Of a stretch of 64,000 nt of DNA, positions 27,223 through 36,752 are shown piece after piece. The stretch lies in NCBI GenBank assembly GCA_031416315.1, contig JANOTL010000065.1, positions 1 to 64,000 of the forward strand. Reading direction: 5' to 3'. The DNA is from Pseudomonadota bacterium. GTDB lineage: Bacteria > Bdellovibrionota_B > Oligoflexia > Oligoflexales > CAIYRB01. The notes under the pieces were generated by a model. It saw only the letters and a list, made by a program, of their open reading frames with translations. It had not been told where the DNA came from and did no database searches. Each line of letters starts with the position of its first letter. Within the stretch, counting starts at the first letter, position 1. Position numbers and translations under genes: made by a program.

Positions 27223-30110
27223 TTCCACGCCCCCTGAAATGGCTCGCCGCCGGTGGCGGCGCGGCCTTCGTCCTGGTCGCCGCGGCGCTCGCGGTCTTCG
27301 GCCGCGCCGCGTGGGACGAGCGCCAAGCCCTCGTCGTCCGCCTGGCCGCGGAGCTCGGCGGCGTCGAGATCCAGGTCGAGGATGTCGCCGTCGCCCTGGA
27401 CCGCTGGCGCGACGGCTTCCTCGGCGCGCAGTTCACCGGAGTCACCGCCCTCGGCACCAAAATCGACCGCGTCTCGGTCGGCATCGAGATCTTCGCCTCG
27501 CTGAAAGAGCGCCGCGCCGTCCTGAAAGGTCTCACCGTCTCCGGCTTCTCGCTGCCGCCGGCGGCGGCGCAGGTTGAGGTCGAAAGCCCGAAAGCGGAGA
27601 CGCCGCCGCCCGACCTCGCCACGATCTGGAGCTCAGTCCTCCGCTTCGGGACGATCCGGCTCGAGAACGTCGAGGTCGCGACCGAAGCCTTGGGCATCGG
27701 CGGCCCGCTCCACGTCGAGGTCGCCGATTTGATCGCCACCGGAGCCGGAGTCGCGCATGTCGACGTGCGCGCCACGCTCGCCAGCTCGGGGCCCGTCGTC
27801 GCCGCCGCCGACGTCTCTTTGCAAGGCGGCGCCGTGCGGCTCGCGAATCTGAGCCTTGCTGCCGACCTCTTCCAACTCGCCCCCTTCTACTACCGCTACG
27901 TCGACCCGAGCGATCCGCTGCCCGCCGAGCCGCTCGTCGTCGAGCATCTCGACGCCTCGGGCGAGCTCTTCATCGGCGAGGATCTCGTCCTCGTCGACCT
28001 GCGCAAGATCGCGCTCCGCTCGAAGATGGCGACCGCGACCGCCGTCGTTTACGTGAAGGAAGCCGGCGAGATCTTCGACTACAAGGTCGACGTCGACGTC
28101 GAGGACGGCACGGAGGGCGTTTTGCCCGGTCTGCCGCCCGCCCTCATCGGCAAGGACGTCTCCGACTGGCTCGCGACCCACTTGAAGACGGTCAAGATCA
28201 AGGGCGCGACTTTGCGCTTGCATGGCGACGCGGCCGGCTTGGCGGCGCTCGATCTGCGCTTGCCGGTCTCGGGCTCGCGCCTTGCGTTTGCCCCCGGCTG
28301 GCCGGAGCTTGAGGACGTCGACGCGCAGGTGCAAGTCACCGCGGACGGCCTCCACGTCGTCGGGACCGGCGCCCGCATCGGCGAGCTCAAGCTTCGAGGC
28401 TTCACGGTCGATGTCCCCAGCTTCGAGACCACGCCCCGCCTCACCGTCGACACGCGCCTCGAAGGGGACGCCGAAGCCGTCCTCGCGACCCTCGCGCAAA
28501 CGCCGCTGAAAGGCACGGTCCGAGACATCCGCGCCTTGCCGCTGCGCCTCTCCGGCCCGCTCGCATCGAGCCTCAAGGTCGAAGTCGGCCTGGGTGACCC
28601 CGAGGCGGACGGCGCGGTCTCGGTCTCCGGCACGGCCGAGCTCCTCGGCGTCGAGGCCGCGCTCACCAACGCGCCGGTCCCGCCGCTCACCGCGCTCAGA
28701 GGCAGGATCAACTTCACGCACGAGCATTTGGCAAGCGCCGGCAAGCTCCGCGGCACCCTCGACGGCCAGGAGATCGCGATCGCTTTCGACCTGCCGCTGA
28801 CGGAGGAGCTCCCGGTCTGCAAGCTGGAGATCGACGGCACTGCGCGACTCGAGACCGTCCTCGTCGCGCTCGGCCGATCCGCGTCCGATAGCCTCGCCGG
28901 CCTGGCACGAGCGCACGTTACAGGCGAGATCGGCGCAGCGCCGGGCGGCGCGATCGCCTATTCCGGCAAGGCCGAGCTCGACCTCACTGCCGCCGGCCTC
29001 GCGCTGAAAGGCTTGATGGTGAAGCCGGCCGGCGTCGCCGCAGAGGCCGTGCTGCGGTTCGCGAGCGCTCCTTCAGGCCCGACGCTCGAAGCGCAATATC
29101 GCAGCGCCGCCGAGTCCGCGAGCGCCAAGCTCGCCTTTTCGGCTGAGCGCGTGAGCGGCGACGTCGTGCTTGCGCTGACGAACGCGCGAGGGACGATCGC
29201 CCTACCAAAGGGCGCTGGACCGATCGTGGCGGCGTTTACGCGCCTGCACGTTACCGAGACGCAACCCACCGCAACGGCGACCGCTGCGCCCGCAGTCTCG
29301 GAGGCCGTCGCGCCGGCGCTCGATCCCCGGGACGTCCCGGAGCTCCAGATCAGCTGCGAAGACCTCGTCCTCGGTAAGCGCCGCCTCGGCCGCATCGAGC
29401 TCCGCACCACAAAAATCCCCGAAGGCCAGTCGGTCGACTTTCTCGCCTTAGACCTCGGCGCGGCCTCCCTTTATGACACGACCGGCCGCTGGGTGATGAC
29501 GCCTTTCGGCACTGACCTCTCCGTCAAGGGCAAGATCTACCTCCGCAACGGCGGCGAGGCTCTGCAGCAGCTCGATTTGGGCGACGCCGTCGAGGGCCTC
29601 CGCGGCAACGTCGACTTCGCCGTCTCGTGGCCCGACTTGTCCACCGACCTCGACGCGCGTCGCTTGACCGCGCGCATCGCCGTGGACGTGCGCGAAGCGA
29701 ACATCGCCGCCGTCGACGGCGTCGCATTGAAAGCCCTCGACGTCCTGACGCTGCGCTTCTTCGATCTCACGAAAGAAGGCCTCGTCATCGAGACGGCGAC
29801 CGCCGAGCTCACCTTCAAGGCCGGCCACCTCGCGATCGGCCACGCCCGCATCGAAAGCCCCACCGCCAGCCTCGTCGCCAAGGGTGACCTCGACTTCGAG
29901 GAGGAGAGCGTCGACGCCGGCGTCGACGTCACACTGAAGATCTCGCGCACCTTGAACGCGGTCGCGCTCGGCATCGTCAATCCGCTGCTCGCGCTCGGCT
30001 ACTTGAGCCAGGACGCCGACTTGACCGTCGTCAAGCTGGATGGGCTGACGCGGCACTCGTATCGGGTCACGGGGCCGTGGGCGGACCCGAAGGTGGAGCT
30101 GGGGCACTAG
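27219..30110 (+). CDS. YhdP/AsmA2-like (DUF3971) bridge-like lipid transfer protein
   Basis: N-terminal TM anchor, VSDWL, FAPGWPELEDV, AsmA-like C-terminus ending YRVTGPWADPKVE. Confidence 0.85.
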   Translation: MIPRPLKWLAAGGGAAFVLVAAALAVFGRAAWDERQALVVRLAAELGGVEIQVEDVAVALDRWRDGFLGAQFTGVTALGTKIDRVSVGIEIFASLKERRAVLKGLTVSGFSLPPAAAQVEVESPKAETPPPDLATIWSSVLRFGTIRLENVEVATEALGIGGPLHVEVADLIATGAGVAHVDVRATLASSGPVVAAADVSLQGGAVRLANLSLAADLFQLAPFYYRYVDPSDPLPAEPLVVEHLDASGELFIGEDLVLVDLRKIALRSKMATATAVVYVKEAGEIFDYKVDVDVEDGTEGVLPGLPPALIGKDVSDWLATHLKTVKIKGATLRLHGDAAGLAALDLRLPVSGSRLAFAPGWPELEDVDAQVQVTADGLHVVGTGARIGELKLRGFTVDVPSFETTPRLTVDTRLEGDAEAVLATLAQTPLKGTVRDIRALPLRLSGPLASSLKVEVGLGDPEADGAVSVSGTAELLGVEAALTNAPVPPLTALRGRINFTHEHLASAGKLRGTLDGQEIAIAFDLPLTEELPVCKLEIDGTARLETVLVALGRSASDSLAGLARAHVTGEIGAAPGGAIAYSGKAELDLTAAGLALKGLMVKPAGVAAEAVLRFASAPSGPTLEAQYRSAAESASAKLAFSAERVSGDVVLALTNARGTIALPKGAGPIVAAFTRLHVTETQPTATATAAPAVSEAVAPALDPRDVPELQISCEDLVLGKRRLGRIELRTTKIPEGQSVDFLALDLGAASLYDTTGRWVMTPFGTDLSVKGKIYLRNGGEALQQLDLGDAVEGLRGNVDFAVSWPDLSTDLDARRLTARIAVDVREANIAAVDGVALKALDVLTLRFFDLTKEGLVIETATAELTFKAGHLAIGHARIESPTASLVAKGDLDFEEESVDAGVDVTLKISRTLNAVALGIVNPLLALGYLSQDADLTVVKLDGLTRHSYRVTGPWADPKVELGH

Positions 30111-30197
30111 GACAAGAACGCCTCCCGCTTTTCGACGACCAGGGTCGCATCGTCGGCGTCGTCTCGATCACCTATATGTTCGACGCGAATGCCGAGA

Positions 30198-30512
30198 TCA
30201 CCAACGATGGCAGCAAGGCCTTAGTTTGGAGAGAAATCTAGGAGCCCATGGAGCTGCCGATCCGCAGTCGGCGGATCGGCGTCGGCTGGGCTGGCGGGAT
30301 ATCCGTCTGAATGGGCACAACAGCCGCTGGCTGGATCGGCTCAGGCGGCGGTGTTCTGGGTGCCTCCGCGACCGGCTGAGCCCCTGGAGTCGCCTGCCTT
30401 GACCCGGTGTTCTCGATCCCATCGACATAGCAGCTACGGCAGTCACCCCAATCAAACTTTCGACGACGATCAAGCCTAAGACCGCCATTTTCCTCTGCCT
30501 GTCTTTCGTCAC
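30198..30512 (-). pseudogene. Small membrane-anchored protein, probably frameshifted
   Basis: AAGGAGG RBS + GTG and one TM helix; a Pro/Ala-rich linker-like continuation lies in another frame. Confidence 0.35.
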
Positions 30513-30913
30513 GTCGCGCCTCCTTCGGCTGCCCGCCGATCGATGGTTCAAAGACCTCACAAGCCTGCGCGTCGGCGAATTTGAAACATTCGAATTCGCA
30601 TGAGGGCCGTTCTCTTCGCCCCGCGAATCAAGCCTACGGAAGGATCGGAGGGTCGTGTGGCTGCGTATCCTCGGCGCGACGGAAGCGGGGTCCTCGCGTG
30701 CGGCGCGGGCGTAAAGAAGCGCGCCATAAGCGCCCTGATCCAGAGCCAGGCGAGCCTGATCGAGCCAAGATTTTTGGCGTCAGCCCCGGTTCGCCGTCGG
30801 CTGGTCTGGCGGCATCGCTTGAGATTGATCGTGTTTCTAAACATCGCTATGCCTCCCCAAAACCACCGGTGTCGCCGCAGCGTTTACGGGGAGATCATCG
30901 GCCAATTTTTGGC

Positions 30914-31070
30914 TTCAATAAAATTGATAATCCTGAAGCAAAATATCGCTAAAAACGAACGATAAAGCTTTCTCTGCCCTGTCGAAGCAATGATTGCCGA
31001 GCATTTCCGGACGTCCGATTCACCATCTTGTAAAACGAATCTTATGTTTTGTATTATCGATTTATGTAAA
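30914..31070. promoter_or_regulatory. AT-rich divergent control region with LysR-type boxes
   Basis: WTCR-N7-YGAW-like (T-N11-A) boxes at 30914, 30945, 31025 and 31056, in two pairs each 31 bp apart. Confidence 0.45.
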
Positions 31071-31133
31071 TCATGGCCGGCGCCGCTAAGATTGAGGTAG
31101 CTGGGAAACGATTCCCGGAACTTCATTGGAGTC

Positions 31134-32132
31134 ATGACCATGCAAAAACTCGCCGTCTCCGACCTCTCACGTCTCGTCGGGTTCGCGGGCCGCCCCTGCG
31201 TCTCGCTCTATCTTCCGGCTCGCGTTCGCCTTTCGCCGCTGCATGCCGTCGCCGCGAAGCTCGCCGCAGCGCGCCTCAGCCGCTTCTTCCCGACGGCGGC
31301 GCCGGAGCTTTGCAAGCGTCTCGACGACGTTGCGGACGGGGCGGCTCCCAATCCAGCCCGCGTCATCTTTCTCGCCCCGGGTTTCTCGGCATTCCATGAG
31401 CTGCCGACTATCTCCAAGCCGACGGTCGTCGTCGCCGACAGCTTTCACATCAAGCCGCTTATTCCGAGCCTGCAGCAGCACGGCGCTTACAGAGTCGCCG
31501 ACTTGTCCGGCTATGAGGATGTGTTCCACGACTGCCAATACGGCGAGGTCCTTCTAAAGGATTCGAGCGCAGCAACACAGTTGGCAGGCGGCGTGCCGGT
31601 CGTCGTATTCGGGCCGTTCGAGCGGCAGGAACGGTTCCGCCTGGCGCAAAGCGACCGCGATTCAATTCTAGGCGGCCGATCGACCCTCACGACTGCAGGC
31701 TCTAGCCCGGAAGACCTTGCACGGCGTGCCTACCAACTCGTCCGGCCTGAGCTTCGGCGGGCGGTTCAGCGCTCGATCGAGCAATTCTCGGCCGCCGCAG
31801 CGCGCGGCCTCGGGATCGATCGCCCCGTCCACATCGCCCGCGCCGCGGCGGCGGGTGAGGTCGAGCTCCTCCTTATCCAGGAAGAAACGAATCTATGGGG
31901 TCGGATGGACCGACAGCGAGGTGAGATCCTAGAGCTGGCGCGAAGCCAGGACGACGGGCCGTTCGATGACCTTCTGGACGATTTGGCCGAACTGACGCTC
32001 GTCGGTGGCGGCGCCGTGCGCATCGTCGCAGCGCGCCACATGCCGACGGCTTCGCCGGTCGCCGCGATCGTCCGCCGAAGGAACCACCGTCCAGCGCTGC
32101 GGCGGATCGAGCCGGAAGCGTTTCGACGCTGA
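31134..32132 (+). CDS. Bacterial archaeo-eukaryotic release factor family 3 (baeRF3/Balon-like) protein, copy 1
   Basis: PCVSLYLP, VVVADSFHIKPL, IARAAAAGEVELLLI, DDLLDDLAELTLVGGGAV, MPTASPVAAIVR. Confidence 0.8.
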   Translation: MTMQKLAVSDLSRLVGFAGRPCVSLYLPARVRLSPLHAVAAKLAAARLSRFFPTAAPELCKRLDDVADGAAPNPARVIFLAPGFSAFHELPTISKPTVVVADSFHIKPLIPSLQQHGAYRVADLSGYEDVFHDCQYGEVLLKDSSAATQLAGGVPVVVFGPFERQERFRLAQSDRDSILGGRSTLTTAGSSPEDLARRAYQLVRPELRRAVQRSIEQFSAAAARGLGIDRPVHIARAAAAGEVELLLIQEETNLWGRMDRQRGEILELARSQDDGPFDDLLDDLAELTLVGGGAVRIVAARHMPTASPVAAIVRRRNHRPALRRIEPEAFRR

Positions 32133-32180
32133 GCGCGCCAAGTCAAAAAGTCTCATGGCCTCACGAATGGAGAAAGTGCA

Positions 32181-33257
32181 ATGGAACAGCTCGCGATCAA
32201 AGACCTCCGCCAGGAACTGTCGTCCGCATCTGGCCCTTGCGTATCGATCTACGTCGAGATCGGGAATACGCCCGAGCATCGAGATGCCGCCGCGCGCCGT
32301 CTGACTCGGCTGATATCCCGGGCCGAAGCGCTGCTGACGCGCCAGGGCTCCGGGCTGGCACAGAGGCTGTGCTCGCCACTTTACGCTTTCGTCGAGCGTC
32401 TACCGCGCCTCCCGTTCGGACAAGGCCTGGCGCTCTTCCGGTCGGAGGGGATCGCTGCCTTCACTCCGATCGCGACGAAGGCTCCCGAGCGCACGGTCGT
32501 TGCCGACAGCTTCCACTTCAAGCCGCTTTTGGCGATGCTGCAGGCGCAAGAGCGTTTTCACCTTCTGGTCTGCGCGCACTCCTCGGTCCGAGTTTTCGAG
32601 GGCGACCGCTCCGGGTTGAAAGAGCGAGAGGTACTCTACGCTCCCTACCACCGCTCCGAGGCACAGGCCGCCAGTTTGCCGAGAACGCCGCTCAAGAACC
32701 GCGCGCGTCAGGTCACTCGTTTCTACCGAACCGTCGACAGCCGTTTGCTGCAAAGGCTACGGCGCAGTGGGGAGCCGGTCGTGATTGCGGCGCCCCCGCA
32801 TCTATCGGCGCTCTACCGGAGCGCGAGCCGCCTAAAAACCATACTGGAGCCGATCGACAAATTCGCCTCGGGCGCTCCGACGGCCGTGGTCGAGCTTCAC
32901 GGAGCGAGCTGGCAAACGGTAGAGCGAGAGCTGGCCAGAAGGCGCCGCAACGTCGCGCACACGTACCACGTGATGCGGCTCAAAAATCGCACGGTCGAAT
33001 CGTTCGAAGAGCTCGCGGTCGCCGCCGTCACAGGAAAGATCGACACGCTGATCCTGGAGAAGGGCGTCACGGTCTGGGGTCGTCTCGACCGCAACTCCGG
33101 GATCATCGAGCGCCAGCGCCAGCAGGAAGACGGACCCGCGGATGACGTCATGGACGACCTCGCCGAGATCGTCCTCGACCACGGCGGGATCGTCCACCTC
33201 TTTGAGGCCGGAGAGATGCCGACGCGCACGTCCGCGGTCGGCTTAACGAGACGGTGA
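32181..33257 (+). CDS. baeRF3/Balon-like protein, copy 2
   Basis: GPCVSIY, GLALFRS, VVADSFHFKPLL, AAVTGKIDTLIL, DDVMDDLAEIVLDHGG, EMPT. Confidence 0.85.
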   Translation: MEQLAIKDLRQELSSASGPCVSIYVEIGNTPEHRDAAARRLTRLISRAEALLTRQGSGLAQRLCSPLYAFVERLPRLPFGQGLALFRSEGIAAFTPIATKAPERTVVADSFHFKPLLAMLQAQERFHLLVCAHSSVRVFEGDRSGLKEREVLYAPYHRSEAQAASLPRTPLKNRARQVTRFYRTVDSRLLQRLRRSGEPVVIAAPPHLSALYRSASRLKTILEPIDKFASGAPTAVVELHGASWQTVERELARRRRNVAHTYHVMRLKNRTVESFEELAVAAVTGKIDTLILEKGVTVWGRLDRNSGIIERQRQQEDGPADDVMDDLAEIVLDHGGIVHLFEAGEMPTRTSAVGLTRR

Positions 33258-33452
33258 CAACGTCACCAGGGCGAAAGACCGCGGCATTTTCGGAGGGCGC
33301 TCTGCGGAAAGGGGCAGATCGCTAGCCTCATCACTGAGGCCCACAGTCGGTTCCGACGACCACGCACGTGTCGGTAGTCGCGAGTTCAGCGCATGCGACG
33401 ACCGAGCATCGCGCCGCGGCGATGGCGGCCCGAGGCGAGCCGTAAAGCTTGC

Positions 33453-34340
33453 TTAAAGCGCGAATTTTTTCACCAAATCGGCGGCAATCGGGTTTTGTAT
33501 ACGACGCTGCGCCGCGATGAGCCAAAGCTCCTCGTGCACGTTCGGAAGCGTTCCTAGCACGAAGAGGTCCTTGGCCGCGACCAGCTCCTCGGCGGCGGGA
33601 TGCGGCAGGGCAATGAGGCCGTGTCCGTGGGCGGCCATGAGCTTCATCAATGCCGGGTCCTCGATTTCTGCGATGCGTTCGACTTTGATGTCATTGAGCT
33701 TCAAGAAGTGGTCGACGTCGTGACCAAGCTTGCTTGCCCCGGTCGAGAATATGAACGGCTGGTCGGCCAGCGACGCCGGAAAGCCGCGTTTCAGGGCCGC
33801 GAACGATGCGTCGCCGCAAACGATGACCGGCATCCGCATGATGATCTTGGCGAAAAAACCTTTGGCATCGCCGACCGGCGGCGGATAGTTCGCGACGATG
33901 AGATCGAGCCGATTGGCGCGCAGCTCCCGAAGGAGCTCGTCGCCGTGGCCGTCCGTGACGGTCACCAGGCAATCGAAATGCTCGCGCGCGTGCTCGAGCA
34001 CCTTGAGGGAAAGGTGCTTCGGCACCGAGGTCGTTACGCCGATTTGGATCTGCACCTTTTCGGCCGCGTGTTGATCGCTCAGGACGTCCACCATCTCGTC
34101 ACCAAGACGGAAGATCTCTTTCGCGTATTCCAGCGCTTTGACGCCCGCCTCGGAAAGTTGCATCTGGCGCTTGGATCGGTCGAAGAGCTGGTAGCCGAGT
34201 GTCTCTTCGAAACGTTTTAACTGAGTCGACAAAGTCGGTTGCCCGAGACGAAGCTTCTTCGCGGCTTTGGCGATCGTCCCGCTTTCTGCGATCGTCTTGA
34301 AATAGAGGAGATGATGATAGTTGACCCATGGCCTCGGCAT
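33453..34340 (-). CDS. LysR-family regulator, NhaR-like
   Basis: WVNYHHLLYFKTIAESGTIAKAAKKLRLGQPTLSTQLK HTH; EIED. Confidence 0.92.
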   Translation of the reverse strand: MPRPWVNYHHLLYFKTIAESGTIAKAAKKLRLGQPTLSTQLKRFEETLGYQLFDRSKRQMQLSEAGVKALEYAKEIFRLGDEMVDVLSDQHAAEKVQIQIGVTTSVPKHLSLKVLEHAREHFDCLVTVTDGHGDELLRELRANRLDLIVANYPPPVGDAKGFFAKIIMRMPVIVCGDASFAALKRGFPASLADQPFIFSTGASKLGHDVDHFLKLNDIKVERIAEIEDPALMKLMAAHGHGLIALPHPAAEELVAAKDLFVLGTLPNVHEELWLIAAQRRIQNPIAADLVKKFAL

Positions 34341-34559
34341 ACTCGACCCCTTCTTTGCGGCGAAGTAAGCAAAATACCACCCGTGCTACCGGCATACGCG
34401 CAAAAAAATTGGGCCATTGGTCAGGTCAACGACGTGGAGGTGCGTCGGCGCGCATGCAAGAGCGTTCGTGGCCGCATGATTGGGAGACCTCCTAGAGCAC
34501 CGCTCGCGACGCAAGTCCGACGCCCCAATTCACCGCGGACTCGATGACCTCTCGGGAGG

Positions 34560-35244
34560 CGTCCAGGCTCGAAATCCGATTCCAACTCGCGGCGAGCGCG
34601 TCGGCTCGGACTTGCAGCTCGACCCGATGGACGTAGAAACGATGACCGCTGGAAGCGCTTCTGGCAACTGGCGTACGCCGTTAGGCAAAGGCTTTGCCAG
34701 TCAAGGCCACCCCAGGATTTTTGGCGAGCGCAACAAGCCAGAGGTCCGTGGCGCTCAGCGCTTTCGCCTCACCCTCCGCAAGTGCGCCCAGGGAGCCTGG
34801 AAGAGTCGCCGACGCCGCCTGCGCCCTGCGAGGGTTAGGCGCGCCGAGTAAGGCATGTACTTGCCCGAGGAGGATTACGAAGCCGATTCCGGCGAGTGTT
34901 CCGCTCAAGGCCGGCTTCGGCAAAAGCATGAAGAGCCGCCCGGCGCGAAGGGCGCCGAGCCCAAGTTGAAGAAAACCGGCGAGGACCGTCGCGATCGCAA
35001 GACCGACGATCCCGACGGACTGCACGATCGCGTTCACGAGCGCGGTCAAGCCCACCGCCGGCCCGGACACCATGCGCGGCGCGCCGCATACTCGCCCGAC
35101 CACGATACCGCCGATGACGGCGGCGATGATCCCGGCGGCGGGGGACGCACCAGAGGCGAGCGCGAAGCCGAGGGACAAAGGGAACGCGACGATGATAACG
35201 CCGAGGCTCGCTCCTGGGTCGGAGCGGCGGAAATTGAGGCTCAT
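34560..35244 (-). pseudogene. SulP family anion (bicarbonate) transporter pseudogene
   Basis: VAFPLSLGFALASG, SGPAVGL, LAGIG..ILLGQ; frameshift at the T5 run 34718-34722, TGA at 34701-34703, then a RQLPEALPAVIV continuation that decays; 3' limit approximate. Confidence 0.8.
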
Positions 35245-35263
35245 CTCGTTCCTCCGGCTTTCT

Positions 35264-35971
35264 TCAGTTCGAAAGCGCAACAGCGACGGATTGGTCACGG
35301 TCTACGAGACCGTGGCGTTCCGTGCGCTGCGAAGATTCGCGCGGCTCAACGAAGTCGACGGAGCCGTGATGCAGGTCGTAGACCGCTCCGGCCAGGACGA
35401 GCACACCACATTCTGCCATGGCATTGAGAAGGTTACTGCGGTATCGCAGTTGCTCCAAGCTGTGCTCGACGTTGAGCCGCGTCGCGGCGTCGAGGCAAAG
35501 ATGCGCGTCGCGACGGGGTACAGCCGCGATCGCGCGGCGGGCAGACGGCGCGATCTCGGCCACGATGTTTTGGATGTTGTCGGAGTCGGCGCGGTCGCCC
35601 TTGGCGATTAAGTCCAGCGTCGCCTTCACAGCGCCGCATTGCGAATGGCCCATGACCACTACTAGCTTGGTCCCGAAATTGGCGACCGCGAACTCGATGC
35701 TTCCAATCAAAGACGGCGCCACGATGTTGCCGGCGACGCGAACTACGAAGAGATCTCCTAGTCCACAATCGAACACGGTTTCGGCAGGCACGCGCGAATC
35801 GGCGCAGCAGAGCACCACGGCGAACGGCGTCTGTCCGCGGGCCGCCAGCTCGCGTCGGCGCTCCGGGGCCGTTGCCGCGAACGTGTCGATCGAGCGGAGG
35901 CCGCTCGCGAAACGTTGGTTACCTTCTTTGAGGCGTTTCAGCGCCTCGAGCGGGGAATTGACCGATTTCAT
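35264..35971 (-). CDS. can: Beta-class carbonic anhydrase
   Basis: LKEGNQRF, CCADSRVPAE, GDLFVVRVAGN, GHSQCGAV, GAVYDL. Confidence 0.95.
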   Translation of the reverse strand: MKSVNSPLEALKRLKEGNQRFASGLRSIDTFAATAPERRRELAARGQTPFAVVLCCADSRVPAETVFDCGLGDLFVVRVAGNIVAPSLIGSIEFAVANFGTKLVVVMGHSQCGAVKATLDLIAKGDRADSDNIQNIVAEIAPSARRAIAAVPRRDAHLCLDAATRLNVEHSLEQLRYRSNLLNAMAECGVLVLAGAVYDLHHGSVDFVEPRESSQRTERHGLVDRDQSVAVALSN

Positions 35972-36218
35972 CGGGGGGCCTTTCGAACGGAAGGTAAAAT
36001 CGATGGTTCAATCCTCGCCGTCGCTGCCGACAGCGCGCCGCGACGAGCCGTCAGATATGCATTGACGGCCAACAGCACGAGAACTGCTGAAAGGTATGGG
36101 TGGAAAATCTGGTCGACCATTCGAGCCTCCTCTGGCCGCGCTGATCATCGCGCTGCCGACACTTCAATCATCGGCGACGACGTCGATTTTCTCAAAGCGA
36201 TAAATGCGACACATGAAT

Positions 36219-36431
36219 TCACTTAATACGACGTTTAGGCGCAGAGTTCTCCGGAAGAACGAACCTTCGCTTCAAGAGCTCGGTCACGATCAGCGTTTCG
36301 AAGAGTGCGCCACGCAGCGGATGGGCGGTGAGGTGACGCAGCTCGTCGATGCGCAGCAAATGGCACGCGAGGCCCGTGTCGAGCATGTAGATCTTCGGGG
36401 TCTTTACTAGACGCTTCCCGAGGTTCGCGCG
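36219..36431 (-). pseudogene. Internal fragment of a DUF4143-domain AAA ATPase
   Basis: Hand translation ANLGKRLVKTPKIYMLDTGLACHLLRI...HPLRGALFETLIVTELLK; no ATPase N-terminus; not in the ORF track. Confidence 0.8.
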
Positions 36432-36718
36432 GGCGACAAAACGGTCACATCCCTTGCCTGAAATCCGAAGGAGCGGATATCCGCCCCTTGCATTCGGCGA
36501 GTGCTGGTCCGCGCTAGCAAGCCCGCCTCATCGCGGATTCGTTCGCTTACGAAACATCGGACGATCGGCATTCCTGCTTCTTGGCTTCCAGATAAAAAAA
36601 TCAACTCAAGTCACCCCTGCACTCACCCACGCCACCCGGTCTTCCTAACCTTCCCCGCGACCCTCAAGCCCCGCGACCCTCAAGCAAGCTCCCGCAACAA
36701 ATGCGAAATTTCCCGCCC

Positions 36719-36746
36719 TCAATCGCCAGCGCCAAAATGCCGAAAC
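36719..36746 (+). promoter_or_regulatory. Putative sigma-28-type promoter (leaderless-like)
   Basis: TCAA-N16-GCCGAAAC ending 6 nt before ATG 36753. Confidence 0.4.
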
Positions 36747-36752
36747 GAGGGC

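Noticed and set aside
30256..30280. Structured ncRNA around hairpin GCCGATCCGC-agtcg-GCGGATCGGC
   Set aside because: A single GC-rich stem inside a decayed region; nothing else supports an RNA gene.
30557..31141. Short ORFs in the 30.5-31.1 kb gap
   Set aside because: No RBS or motif support and conflicting frames; better explained as regulatory or decayed DNA.
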